The notes beneath the pieces are model-generated. The model made no database searches, had not been told where the DNA came from, and worked only from the letters and a program-made list of their open reading frames with translations. Of a stretch of 64,000 nucleotides of DNA, positions 14,413-27,563 are shown piece by piece (the stretch's first letter is position 1; each line of letters begins with the position of its first letter). The DNA is from Paragordius varius. Taxonomy: Eukaryota; Animalia; Nematomorpha. The position numbers and the translations under genes are program-made. The stretch spans positions 1,178,001-1,242,000 of the forward strand of contig OZ176053.1 in NCBI GenBank assembly GCA_964247055.1, given 5' to 3'.

Positions 14413-15739
14413 CTAGCTGGCCCTGCCACGCTTGACTGTGACGTAGTCTCACCGATAATTATTCTTAATAATTTACAATAAATAGAGTTAATGGATATAA
14501 AAAATAATTAAAACATATTTAACAAAAAAGAATATCTTTGATTATTCTTTTACGGGTATAGGCTCAAATATTGTTTACTCAAAATTGACCATATTTAAAC
14601 TGTCCCTTATGAAAGTTCAGAAATGTGTTTAACTGAACTCGTATGGCTTCTTAAGTTTTTTGAAAATTAGCTCTAAAACCACACCATTTTTGTATGGCGT
14701 CTCAGTTTTAAACCGGTAGACCCCACCCATAGACCTATATGGAAAAAGCGCTGTTAATTTTTTGTGCCTTATAGGGCAAATATTTGGAATCATTTTTGAT
14801 ATCATCGTATCATGGATTATTTAAAAAAATACCTCAACACTAAATAATCGTTATATGATGGCGTATTTTTAGGGCGTAAAGGCCCCAAATTAACAGATTT
14901 TAAAAACCTGACCTTTTTTACATATTTACGACTAATATTTCAAGCTTTTAATGATATTATATGGCTTCATAAATTTTCTCTATTAGCTCCAAAACAACGC
15001 AATTTCTATATAGTGGTGCAGTTTTTGGCGGGTAGCTCCTAACTGCAGGTATAAAAAGCTCTGGGAAAATTGCCTTTAGATAGGGAATATCTGGAATTAT
15101 CATGGAATCCATATATTCCTATTAGACTCATAGGTTTTCCGAAATTTGGCTCCAAAGGCATGCTGTTTCGATATGGTGCGGTTTTAGGCGGGTAGCCCCC
15201 TACCCAAGGGCGAAACAAGAAACGCTCGATTACAATTTGCCTAAATTCAGGTAATAGCTGGACATGATTGATTACATATGCTCTCATGGGATTTTTGAAA
15301 AATTGCCCTAAAACCAAAGGGTTTTTCTATGGTGGCGCATTTTTCAGAATAAGGCCTAATTAAGAGGTAATTTTATAAAACCGCTCTACTTAAAATTTTA
15401 CCTTTTTACGGTTAATATTTCAAGCCCTTATTGAGGTCATACCTTATAAGTTTCTAAAAGGCCTCCAAAGTCACGCTGTATCGATATGGTGGCTTGTTGG
15501 CGGGTAGCCCCCTATTCAGAATCCAATATAAAAAAAAGAGGTTCTATAAAAAATTATTGCCTAACCCGTTTTTAACACAGAGTTCGCCCGAACTGGGGGC
15601 CTAATTCAAAAAAGGGCGAAGCTATGGTCGGGGCATTCATTAATGATTATATTTTTTTGACATTTGGATTTGAATGGGTATACCGGTTTTCCGGAAACAG
15701 ATCCCAAAACCAGTATTTCCATTTTTATAAATATATAGA
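14413..15739 (-). mobile_element. Non-autonomous Helitron with internal ~160-bp subrepeats
   Basis: Minus strand begins A|TCTATATATTTATAAAAATGG and ends with a short hairpin then GGCCAGCTAG|T (5' TC, 3' CTAG, inserted in AT, no TSD). Diverged repeats containing GGCGGGTAGCCCC recur at ~14700, 14860, 15010, 15170, 15330 and 15490. Confidence 0.8.
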
Positions 15740-16534
15740 TTATATATAGCATGTTCAATATAACTTTTTTTTCGTATTAAAAAATTAATAATTTATACGT
15801 TTATACTCATCAGGGGGAGGTATGATATTTCTTAATTTTTTTTCCTAAACTTTAATTTTTATTGTTTTCTTATTTTTTTGCATAAATAAAGATATTTTGT
15901 TAAAGCGTACTTCAAACTATTTTGAAGCATGATGGAAATGGTATAATGCTTTAAGATATAAAACCCTTTTTCTAAATATTTCGATGATGTTGAACATTAC
16001 TATAGGTTCAGAATTTTAATTTAAAGATTTGCTTGCTCGCAAATTTTAGCCAATTTTTGTAAAAAAACACAATAGTTCTGAAGAAAAACGTATTGCAATA
16101 TCGAATTGTATATATAAAGTATTATAACCAACCGTTTATATCGTTTCCATCATGCTGAAAATAATATGAAATACGCTTCAAAAAATTTTGTTAAAAATTA
16201 AATTTTTAAAAGCATGGATTTTTTAAAAAATATATTTAATTGATATCAAAATTTAACATATATTTAAAATTTGCACAATGTCGGAATTTTTGCATTTTCT
16301 TTAGAAAAACTGTCCATTTTAAGAGAGCCAAAAAATTTCGGACTTTCAGAGCCCTTATCTAACATAAAATTTTTATTGTTTTGATTTTTATATGAAGTTT
16401 ATATGTTTTAGTAATATTTTTTGAAATAAAGCATTTATGTTTTCACCAAAAAAATATATTTGAAAAAATGCGCACCTTTTGCAATTTTTTGCTGTGCACT
16501 TACCACAAAGGTGTAAATAATTTTTTTAAATATA

Positions 16535-17186
16535 CCATTTGCACTTCAAGAGTGTCCTTGAACACTTCAAGTTGGTCCTTAAACAGTTCAAGTTGGTCCT
16601 TGAACACTTCAAGTTGGTCCTTTGACTTTTTTGTTTTATTTTAATTTTTATCAATCAAATTGTAAATAATTCATTTATTTTATTGTTTTTAACCTATTTT
16701 CTATTATTTAACATAAATTTTAAATCTATATCAACTTTTAATCTTTGAGAAACCGTACTTTATTAATTTCTTAAAATAATTTTGGATATTTATAAAATTT
16801 TAACAGGAAATAAAAAAATATATTAGTTTTCTGGGTTATTAATTAAAACTTTTTATTAAAAACATTTAAAAATCAATAATTTTGTTCAATTTAAAAAATA
16901 GTTTGAAACAAAAAAGTGGTTTTTCAATAAAAAAATTTATTTTTAAATGATTAAATAATTAAATGAAGAAAATTAGATTAATAAATAATAAAAATAAATG
17001 CAAAAATTATGGTTAATTCAAAATCTATAAATTTTAAGGACCAACTTGAAGTGTTCAAGGACCAACTTGAAATGTTCAAGGACCAACTTGAAGTGTTCAA
17101 GGACCAACTTGAAGTGTTCAAGGACCAACTTGAAGTGTTCAAGGACCAACTTGAATTGTTCAAGGACACTCTTGAAGTGCAAATGG
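16535..17186. mobile_element. MITE family C with modular 21-bp repeat TIRs
   Basis: TA|CCATTTGCACTTCAAGAGTGTCCTTG at left and its reverse complement at right. Three internal 21-mers (AACACTTCAAGTTGGTCCTTG) at left versus six inverted at right. Confidence 0.88.
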
Positions 17187-17479
17187 TATAACTCGTAAAG
17201 GTTAGGACCAAAAGCACCAGGATAATCCTGAATTTTTCCTATCATAATATATATATTTCATCAGGATATTTTTTGTGGAAACTGTGTAATATACCATACC
17301 GATGGTGAAAAAATAGGCAAAGTATGTTTTAATTTTGTACTGCGTCCAAGTTCAAAGTATCTGGTCACTTTAGTATATATTAACCAATATTTAACATAAC
17401 CAAAACTGTAACAAATGTAATTCAAATGAACTAATTCTTAAAACTTAAATTTAACATATTAAATTAAATATAAATTTGA

Positions 17480-18050
17480 TGATAATGGACTTTTAGTCTG
17501 GATTCAAACTCTGGGAGACAGCTTAGACCATTATTTTCTGTTGTGAATTATCTGTGCAAGTTTATGGATTGAATGTGCTGGATTTTTTTCAATCCAATCT
17601 AAGTATCGTAGCTTAGGTCTTCCACGTTTCATAACCCCTTCAACTGGACCTAACATGGTCGCTTTTTCTAAGTTATCGGCTTTCATGATATATATACACG
17701 AAAATCTGAGTTGTAAGGTATAGTAGGGTGTTTTGGTTATGATCTTTTAATATATTAATTGCAATTTGGTCGTAAAAGTACCGCTAGTGATGCGATTAAA
17801 TAAAACAATCATGCTATTTAGTCTACTCCTTCATACAAATAGGATCAGGTGCGTCCAACACAAATATTTTCGCAGACATGTGCGAGATATATGGGCATTT
17901 ATAAATATTTTATTAGTTTAAAAGAGACTGTGAAAAGATAAAAACACAATATAACTACTTACACCAATTTTTCAGTGGAAATCGTTAAGAATTATTCTGG
18001 TTAAAGAATCTCAGTTTTTTCAAGATTTTGGAAGCCTATTTTTAGGAATG
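17480..18050 (-). mobile_element. RTE-clade non-LTR retrotransposon 3' fragment
   Basis: Minus frame IMKADNLEKATMLGPVEGVMKRGRPKLRYLDWIEKNPAHSIHKLAQIIHNRK*WSK matches the RTE/BovB ORF end (LEKTLMLGKIEG.RRRGRQRMRWLDGI). Confidence 0.78.
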
Positions 18051-19254
18051 GATCATATTTTAGGCAATAAAATTACTCGTGGGCCGCAAGTTGAATACCC
18101 TTATGTTTATTAATTTCATTGGGTAATACGATTTAGTAAGCGATGACACATGCAATCAGACACAGTAAAAATTGGAATTAAAACATACCTAAAAATATCC
18201 TCTTAAAGACACCAATATTTTAAACTTTCATTTTTTATTTATTTATGGTTATGTGTGGCATAAGGATATAAATGTAAATAGGTTACATTTACATTTCACC
18301 AATGAAAAATCAAGGTAAAAAAATAAGACTGGCTTTATTAAAAATAGTTAATTTAAAGGTTTACGATTTCATGATAACTATTTTACCATACAACAAATAT
18401 GTCTCTATTCGGTAAATTAGATTAAATCTATAAGCAAATATTTAAAAAGCTAAATTTTGATTGAAACGCTTTTAAGAAAATTTTTAAAATTTTTATTTTA
18501 GCATATGCAGTGAAGCCCGCCGAACTAAAAGCTTCGGAAGGATTTTAGAAAGTTTTTCGAAACAAAAGTTTAACTCTTGGGGCACAATTAAAAGATATTA
18601 TAATTATAAATGGCCAAAACTGTTTCAAAAATTAATATGATAAGCTGGGAGGCTATAGGTTTACGTATGAGTTACATACACTCATTTCTTTTACTTTTGA
18701 AATTATTGTAATTTTAGTTGGACACATAATTAATAAACGGGAAAAGTTTCGTAAGTTAAAAATAGTTTTTTCATAAATTTCAAAATTGGACTAAATAGTA
18801 AATTTTATGATTATTTTGAAAATAAGGTCAATTCCTTTAAAATAATGACTTAATTTGATATTATCCCTTATATACATTATTGATCAATTATGTAAATTAA
18901 TGAGACTGCAAATTATTAAGGAAACCGAATAAAACGCTATTTTCATTTTGGCAAAAAAATTTTAATTAATAAAGAATACTGCCGTAAAAGGCCATATGTA
19001 TTAATTTTTCCTAAAAATTTATATATAACCTTTAAATAATAGTTGTTTAAAAAAGGACATTTTTTGTCTTTCTATAACATCTACCGTCTTTTTATTTAAT
19101 ATGGTCATTCTAATTAATTGCTGGGAAACATAAGTATAAGACTTGATAGACTAATTCAAATATATAATTAAAAAATAATTTGCCTAACATCTTTGTGCAA
19201 TTAATTTGAAAAACATTTTGAAATTTTAGAATTTTTATTTTCACGTCTTATATC

Positions 19255-20340
19255 ATGCGTTCGTTAATCGGAATTCTTTTAATAACAACCCTACTAATTT
19301 TATCAAAACCAGCAAGATATTTATTTCAAGATACGTTGCAAACGAATGCAATCCCAACATCTACCAATGTTTCTTCTTCTTTAGAACCTTCGAATACTTT
19401 TAATGTTGTTATGCCTCAAGAATTCAGAAATTTGAAAGAGATGGAAATCAGGCGGCTACTTAGAGCCAAAATAAAAGCATTTCGCTCCAAGTACGATAAA
19501 AACATATCTACATATCAATCTTCTCCTACTGTCAATAATCTGCCTGTGATTATAAACACGACCATTCCTCCAATCAATTTGAATGTAATGATACAAAATA
19601 CGACGGCCTTAAATCAGGATTTACTCAGAACCTCAACGACCCCTGTAAATCCAGTTATGCAATTCTGCCAATGCAAAGAGTTTGGTCTCTACCCAAATTT
19701 GGAGGATAATTGCCGTTCTTTTTATCAATGTGCCCCGATGAGTGAATTAATTCAATGTCCAGCTCTGACATCCTTTGATCATGTTTTAGGCATTTGCGAT
19801 TGGAGTTTTAAGGTTTCTTGCATACCTAACGCTGATAGCTTACTGTCTGGAACTAAAATGCTAGGCAAGTTTCTTATTTTAAAATATTAACATTTATAAA
19901 GATCTATAAGGACAACAATTTTTTTTAAGAAGACAATCATACTTTTAAAATCTTATTTTTTAAATTTAACTCAAGCTGTAAAGTATGAAATAGAGATTTA
20001 TAATGGTAACAAATCAATCATGTATTTTTCGATTCTGATTTAATGATTTTTATAGGATAAATTAAGGTCTAAAAAATATGGGGTTGTCTTTTAAAAAAAT
20101 TGTCTTTTATACTTTTACGGCTGTCCGCATATAATTTCAATTTTTACTTTAATAATGGTTATATTAGGGGACATAACAACAGGTTGTAAAACTTTCAATG
20201 TGTGCTTGAATGGGAACAATTATCCATTAAACTGCCCAGGAAACAGTGTTTTCAACAATGATGTCAAAGCGTGCACATCTGTTGATAACGTGGACCTTTC
20301 ATCGTGCACGTCAAAAAGTCAGACAATCGCCCCCCAATAA
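19255..20340 (+). CDS. Secreted chitin-binding peritrophin-A (CBM14) domain protein, 2 exons (19255-19864, 20168-20340), ~261 aa
   Basis: Hydrophobic N-terminal signal, then a Ser/Thr/Pro/Asn-rich region. First domain has the six-Cys pattern CKEFG..C.SFYQC..QCP..SFD..LGICDW...SC; second is GC.TFNVC..NCPGNSVFN..KAC..SC. Exons join in frame via a GC-AG intron (G|GCAAGT...TTAG|GG). Confidence 0.85.
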
Positions 20341-20409
20341 TTGATTCCAATTTTTATTTAGTTGACAACACAAAAATAAATGTATTTGCAATGTCTCCAT
20401 TATAATATA

Positions 20410-20684
20410 CCATTTACAATTCAAAATCACCCTAGAACAATTCAAATTTTTGACCCTTAAATAAATCAAATTAACTCTAAAAATAAATTATGTATTTTCG
20501 GAATATAACTTTATTAAATGAAACATATCTTCATTGCATAAATTATTTTTTCAGTATTATTTTAATTTTAAACAAAATTTTATTTTTTTATATATACAAA
20601 AATATCGCTATTTTAAATAAAAACACATAATTAGGGTGAATTTGAATTGTTCAAGGGTAGATTTGAATTTTTAACTGTAAATAG
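20410..20684. mobile_element. MITE family B
   Basis: TA|CCATTTACAATTCAAAATCACCC ... GGGTGAATTTGAATTG...TGTAAATAG|TA. Confidence 0.85.
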
Positions 20685-20899
20685 TATAATATGGTTTTTT
20701 GTGCAACGACCGGAAATATAGTAAAATATTATTAAAAGCCATTTATAAATCTTAATTATAAGTATCAATTCTAAAAATAATCTGAAAAATTTAGTAACCA
20801 AGAATTATTTTATTATAGAAAGAATTTGTTTGAGAAAGGCGCATTAAATAGGTGGTTAATAAAGAGCAAAAGATATTTACCCTAAACATATTAAAACAA

Positions 20900-23800
20900 A
20901 AATAGAATTTTATTATTCCAAAAATTGTTTTTGAGCAAAATGGAAAATTCTCCAACATTTATTGACCAAGAGTTACACAAAACTTTTTTAATGATATCTC
21001 AAGTTAGTTTTAATCTAAAGAATTTAGACATTAAAAAAATTTCAAGATGTCAAACAAGAGATTTTAATGGTGGCCGGCATGGATTTGGAGGAAAAGGAAG
21101 TAATATTTCACTTTGATCGCGGACACAGATATAAAAAGTTAAGTAACATTTAAATAATAACTCATTTATATACCCAATAATGTTAATAAACTTTAAATTT
21201 ATCCACAAACGCCTTTAAAATTGATTCCAAGTAAGTTAATGTATACTAGCCAAGATCATGAGTATTACCCGAGTTAGGTTTATCCTCTTTGTAAAAATTC
21301 CGTGGATGAAAATATCCAAATGTCGACATTTCAACATAAATGACAAAGCAATAACTAATGGGCCGATTATGGATCATTTTTTATGGTTACCTTGAGTGAT
21401 CGGGCCCATTTTTATACATTAGAGCAGTGGTACTCACCAAAAAAATTTGACGGGCCAAATAAAACATATTTTTTTTTCGAGGGCCATGAACCTTATAATG
21501 GCAAATATTCCTTAGCTATTTGACAACGCACATATTTATACTCTAAATCAGCATAATAAATTTTTTGATGATCGCATGTAAATCCAGCTAAAAATTCGTT
21601 TTGTACCATTTAGTTTTAAAAATTAAAATATATTGATAACAACATTTATTTTAATATTAACCAATAATTTTTGACAAATTTGGTTTCGCCTCATGGCAGG
21701 CCATTCTTAATACGTCGTCCATATGATCATTAGTTAAGCGATTTCTGTAAGTATTCTTAATATACTTCATTTTTGAATATGCCGTCTCACATGTGTAAGT
21801 TGATGGAAAAATAGTTAAGACAACTTGAGCACATTTTTTTATATTTTCATATTTATTTGGCACAACTTGCCAAAACTCTACATATCTTTCTTCTCTACGG
21901 TTTTCCTTAAATAAAGCTTCCAAATTGGAATCATTTTTAAAATCAACGAATTCTTCAATGATAACCGCCTGATCAAAACCGAAAAGCTCAAGTTGCTTAA
22001 TGTTGGATATATCCATATGCCATGGATTTTCCACTAGCTTTAAGCAATTTTTTATATTTTTTAATTCTTGAAATCTGAATTTCATCTCATTAGATAAAAA
22101 TGTTAAATGATTGTCTATTATTAAATTAATATCCGCGGTAAATTCCATATTTTCTTTATGAATCGTTTTGAGTGTTGGAAAATGTAGGAGTGTTTTATCT
22201 ATAAAATCTTGTTTATATATTATTAATTTTTCTTCAAAAGCAAATATATGATTAGCAAATTGGGTTATTATTTTGCTCTCTTGAAGACTTGTATTAAAAG
22301 TACTAAGTTTATAAGTATTGTCGCAAAGGTAGGCTAATAAAACCCACCATTTGTCACTATTAATTTCCTCGTCAAACTTTCTGTTATCTTTTATAAATAA
22401 TAGAATTTCATGTCTTAAATCAAAAAATCTATTTAATACTTTGCTAAGGCTTAGCCATCTCACAGCGGTGTACAAAAGAATATCATCAAACTCACTGTGG
22501 ATATCTTTCAGAAGGTTTTTGAATTTACGGTGATTGAATTCTCTGCCACGGATGTAGTTAACTATATCCACAACCGTTTTAATTACTAAATTTAGTGATT
22601 CATCTTTTACACGCGAAACCAAGTTTTGCTGATGAATAAAGCAGTGAAAGGATAATAGATTTTGCAAATTATATTTGTTTTTTAAAAGAGAAATAAACCC
22701 TTTGTTTATTCCAATCATAGAGGGACAGCCATCTGTGCAGATCGAAACCAATTTTTTCATAGATATACCATTATTATCGAAAAAGGTGCTAATTGCTTCA
22801 AGAAAATCACTGCCTTTTGTGGTATTATTCATTGGTAAAAATTTCAAATATTCCTCGTTGATTATGTTGTCGTTGCAAAATCTCACGAAGAGCGCACATT
22901 GAGGTGTTGAACTTATATCAGTGCTAGAATCGATTGCAATACTGAAGTATTTGCATTTTTCAGAGCCAATAATGTATTGTTAAAAATATATTTAGACATA
23001 TCTTCAATGCGTCGAGCACATGTTGAATCAGAAAGTTGAAGTTTTTTAATTTGCCTCATGATTTGATCTTTATTATGGAATTTATCAAATAAATAAGTGC
23101 AACCATTTATTAAACATTCTTTTATTAGTTGGGAATCAGTAAACGGTTTCATATTTTTTCCTAAAATATAGCATATTTCATACGAAGCTAATGTTACAGC
23201 TTTTTCCTGGGAAAAAGCTATGGCCATAATAGATCTTTCTCGTATAATTCCTTAAAATTTTTATATTTTTCATTTCTTTCCTCAAGATTTTCTGGTAATT
23301 TATGAGAATGATGGATTTTAAAATGTCTTTCATATTGAATTTTTTTATAATTATATTGTCCTTGCATATAAGGCAGGTAGCAACATTGTTATTTAAAACT
23401 ACAAAAAAATTAGTTTCCCATTCTTTTTTAAAGGAGCGATTTTCATCGGATAATTTACGTTTTTTGGCATTAGATGTCATCCTTTGAATTTATGTTTAAA
23501 TATTATGTAAAAAAGATAGGAATAAAAATTGAATTATGCTATAAAAAACAAGTCGAAATTTAATGATATTGAGTTGAAAATATTTTATGAGAATGAGTTT
23601 TAAAAATGATGCAGGATAGCAATGAAATGTATGTGCAATGGGTGAAAACAAAAAAGAAATGCAATAAAAATTTCAAAAAGAAAAGAAGAAGAAACAACGT
23701 GTGCCCATAAATCATAAATTTTAAAATTATTTTAATGTAGAAAATTTTTCTACATTTCAAATTGGGTAAAAAATAAATATTATTTAAAAAAAATTAAATA

Positions 23801-25050
23801 TCAGTCATAGTGCATTTTTAAAGCGCACTTAGGGCCGCATGCGGCCCGCGGGCCGCGGTTTGAGTATCACTGCATTAGAGTAAGAGTCTGCTACACTCCT
23901 ATTATTCAAAGAACCATAGAAATCACAATAAAAGATGGCGTTAATAACAACTCACTCATAATTTTAGGCAAACCAAACTTATTTAACAAATGATCTCGGG
24001 TTATTCTTAAAACTTACCGATTGCATATCCATTTAAAAATGCAGTTTGCATAATAAACTCAGTCAATACACACCCAAATTTTAATCCCAAAGACAAACTG
24101 TTCTAACACGTTAAATAGTGTTTCCAGAAAACTTATATTGCTGTCATAATTGTGTTGAAGACAGGCAACCTTTTATAAAATGTCCTTTAACTTTCTATTC
24201 CTAATAAAAAAATGATTGCACACGCAAATTTTTTCATACAAGCTTTCAAGATGTTGGCCGATTACTTAATTAAATGATGGTTAATATAAAGGTCACAAAA
24301 ACCATTTTTTTAAAGTTGTACTGACAATCGAAAATCATAAAAATGAAATTTTATAATAAAAAACCAAATATAATTCATACTCATTTAATGCCTACTATGG
24401 CCACATAAATTGTACCATAGATATAAAACAATTAAATCTCAAATTTGTATCACCCCTTTAAAAATAAGACTATCTTAACCCAAAAACCTAGCTGCAGATT
24501 TGAATAATGTTAACAAGAAATAACATTTGTCGAGATAAACAATTAAGCTAGAAAAGAAATCTTGAATCATATAGCTATGAAATAGTTTTCCTAAACAGTG
24601 AAACTCGCCCGACAAAATCAGAATTTAGAAACAGAACCAATCATTGGAAAAATTGCTAATAAAAAATTTTTTACGGATGAACTTTACGATAGATTCAACA
24701 ACTTAAATATTGAATAATATAGATAATATTTCTTGGAGCCATTGAACAATATGTAAAAAAGACAGTTATTGACTAGAGATTGACGGCTTTGTGTATCCAA
24801 ACACCAGCGAAAAAGAATTACTCATGGTCCTTACCATAAAACATGTTTATGATAAAAATGGAGAATCAGGAATAACAGAAATTTCTAACAACAATTCAAA
24901 AACTTATGGGTTCCCCAAAGTTAATACTTAACTTTCCTATATCGGCTCAATTACACCGACGCAAAGAAAGCGCAACAGTATTATACTAATCATAGGAAAT
25001 GTTTTTTTATTAATAACCTGATAGCTTTATAAAGCGGTATTTCGGGTGTT
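20900..25050 (+). mobile_element. Possible highly decayed Ty3/gypsy-like retroelement interrupted by the hAT
   Basis: Broken plus frames: IILGKPNL (protease-like, ~23960), YYGHINCTIDIKQLNLKFVSPL (integrase Zn-like, ~24395) and NQSLEKLL (integrase core-like, ~24640). No LTRs identified. Confidence 0.3.
21425..23872 (-). mobile_element. Buster-type hAT transposon (2448 bp) with near-complete transposase (23480 to 21657)
   Basis: TIRs CAGTGGTACTCA / TGAGTATCACTG and perfect 8-bp TSD CATTAGAG (21417-24, 23873-80). Protein motifs: BED finger CLICK..RH.K.HH, YFSIAIDSSTD, ICTDG, HCFIHQ, VRWLS, TYTCETAYS. Three 1-nt frameshifts. Confidence 0.95.
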
Positions 25051-25297
25051 ATTTATGTTGGAGCTTCCCCATTAAAAAGTAACTTAATATTCCCATATTT
25101 AGCTCAAACGAAAAATCAAATTTCGCACATTTGGGAAAGAGTTTAATGTTTAAAACCAAATAACTTTTTACTTTATAGATGATATAATGGTCATCGCTAT
25201 GTAACCAAGTTTAATATTAAAACCGACACTCTTAATTCGATTGTTAGGAGCTGGTCAGCTTTTTCTAACTACACATTTTATTTTTCCTCTAAAATAG

Positions 25298-25469
25298 AAC
25301 AGAAATGATAAGCAGCCACAATTCTGTGCGTGACATGGAAAACGAATTGAAGATAAACGAAGATGATTCATGGGCCAAATTGCGCATCGTTTTGTACAAA
25401 ATGTTGGTTGATCTTATGCTTTACAATGATGTCCTAACCTATTTCCAATCTACATATCATATTTATTAA
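25298..25469 (+). CDS. Terminal exon (~56 aa) of an unidentified gene converging on FANCD2; upstream exons missing in this copy
   Basis: Acceptor TAG then TEMISSHNSVRDMENELKINEDDSWAKLRIVLYKMLVDLMLYNDVLTYFQSTYHIY*. The copy at 50458-50629 differs only at synonymous sites (GAT/GAC, AAT/AAC). Confidence 0.6.
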
Positions 25470-25539
25470 TTTACGCGTTTATATTTGCAAGAAAATAAAT
25501 ATAATCTTGGGATTGATTTGCACAAAAATGCGGTGTATA

Positions 25540-27525
25540 TTAAGATGAAGAACCATTCAGCTGTGACGTTATTTCTTGACCCTAAATAAGAAAAAAAATG
25601 GAGTTTTTCAAATTTTTAATTCGGAAAATTCCGTAACATTCATTATATGAGCAAGTGTATACCTGCAAATTTCGATGTTTCAAACTTTGAAATTGGATAG
25701 AATTGGTAAGAGATGGTGATTTGGTTCCTCCTTTAAACATGTTTTGAATGCGATACACAAAAGTTTCCAGGACTTTCTTGAGAGGTGGAATGTGTTTGAG
25801 CAATGTTGAGTCCTTTTTCGTCTAATTTACAAAATAGCACAGGAATTAAATATACTAACCTCGCTAGATGTACTTTAATAATTCGGAAAATTGACATAAC
25901 AATGATATTTTATGTTAATTCTTAACGACCGATTCTTTGGTTTTATATAACGCTTACTTTACAATGTGTGATGACCATGTGCAAATATCGTGTAATCTCT
26001 TGCATTCCCCTTATTATAGCTTGAATTTGAGACCGTATATCATCAGCCAACTCGCCAGAGTCCCCAAAACACTGAAGAATGTAATGTAATTCTGGCATCA
26101 ACTTAACGTAAAAGTTTTCCACAAATTGGCGTCCAGTGCGGATTGTATGTAATATGTAATGCTTATCGGGAAAGTGTTTACAAATGCGTATGAGTGTGAG
26201 AAATAATTTGCACAAAACTGCCGTTGATTGCAAAAATGTTTGAGGATATTGCAATGTTTGAGCATTCAATTGAGATTCTGACTCCTCTGACCCTGCCTGG
26301 AGAGAAGCATGAAAACCATGGTTTGAAACTTTAGTTTTATGTCCATAGAGATTGACAAGATTCCGGGCCAGACCGATACATTCTTTCAATAGCACGTCAA
26401 AATAAACGGGAAAGTAGTGCCTGTTAACATAAAAAATTTTGTGGTAATTATGCGATATTCAAAAAACAAACTTTCAGGGAACATTTATTTTGACAACTCA
26501 AAATTTAATATGAAAATATAAATGATTACGGAATCATGGATGGATAGATGACAATATCTTGCGAACAAGTTGCATGTTTAGTAGTTTGAGAGATATTTTC
26601 TTTAATCGATGATTTATTTAACATATCTTGCATTTAAATGTTGATTAATTCATCAAGCACTTCCAGGGGTTCATTCGTAACAAATTTTAACCTAAATATA
26701 TAAATCATCTCAAAAATATTGAAAAATTTCATTGTTTGAATAAACTAACGGGCTCTTGAATATTTTTAATTAATTAACTAATAAATAAATATAAACGTTG
26801 ATATTGCCGGAAGAACTGATCGAATCTGAAAATGCTTTTTCGAAATTTAGCTCAGCCACTCACCATATATAAAAAAATGTTATCATTAATACCGTATTTG
26901 TAGTGATATAAATATTTGATTGAATAGCAAAAATCCCAGAATAATTAATGCCAAAATATTAAAGGTTAAAAGCGCCAAATTGTATATAAAATATTTTATC
27001 AATCTTTTAGTTAGCTTGTAATCTATGTGCACATTGTTCTGGTACCCTTTTAAATAGTGTTGAACCAAATAGCCATGTATGGATATATATGTACGATAAA
27101 ATAAGATTTACTTTAAAAGTTTAACCAACGAAGCTTCAAACATCGGTTTCGATCCGGTCGGAAAATAAAATTTTACGTAATTTTTTGTTTCAAATCGTTC
27201 ATTAACTTGTTCGGCAGAGTTGATTAATTGGGTAGAATGAGAATAAGGAATGGCGTCTTTTGTCATTTGGTTTCGCAGCAAATAATTTTGCTGCAAACTC
27301 ACGTTTATAAGTGTGGAAAATGATTGTGTTGTTAAGTTTGAGTTTTCCCGATGATCTTTAAAATAACAAATTAATTATGATAAAAAACAACAATATAGAC
27401 AGTAATTAATATACTACCTGATAGCTCAAACAAATCATAGAGAAAAGTGAGCACACATTCAGAAAATAGGAGAGATTTCGAATTTTGGATCAAATTGCCA
27501 AAGAATTTGTATGTCACTTCTCGCC

Positions 27526-27563
<38 letters not shown>

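Noticed and set aside
15039-15317. 92-aa ORF as a gene
   Set aside because: It lies within the tandem subrepeats of the non-autonomous Helitron and shows no recognisable motif.
16535-17186. CRISPR-like appearance of the 21-bp repeats (also the 17- and 20-bp arrays)
   Set aside because: The repeats abut without unique spacers, are arranged as inverted arms or satellites, have no cas genes, and lie in a eukaryotic context.
16978-17245. Three overlapping repetitive ORFs (FKDQLEV, SSWSLNT and LVLEHFK repeats)
   Set aside because: They are translations of the 21-bp TIR repeats of MITE family C, whose inverted partner lies at 16535-16620.
22913-23330. Programmed frameshifting or micro-introns in the hAT transposase
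   Set aside because: No GT-AG segments fit, and three independent single-A losses are better explained by mutation or homopolymer error.
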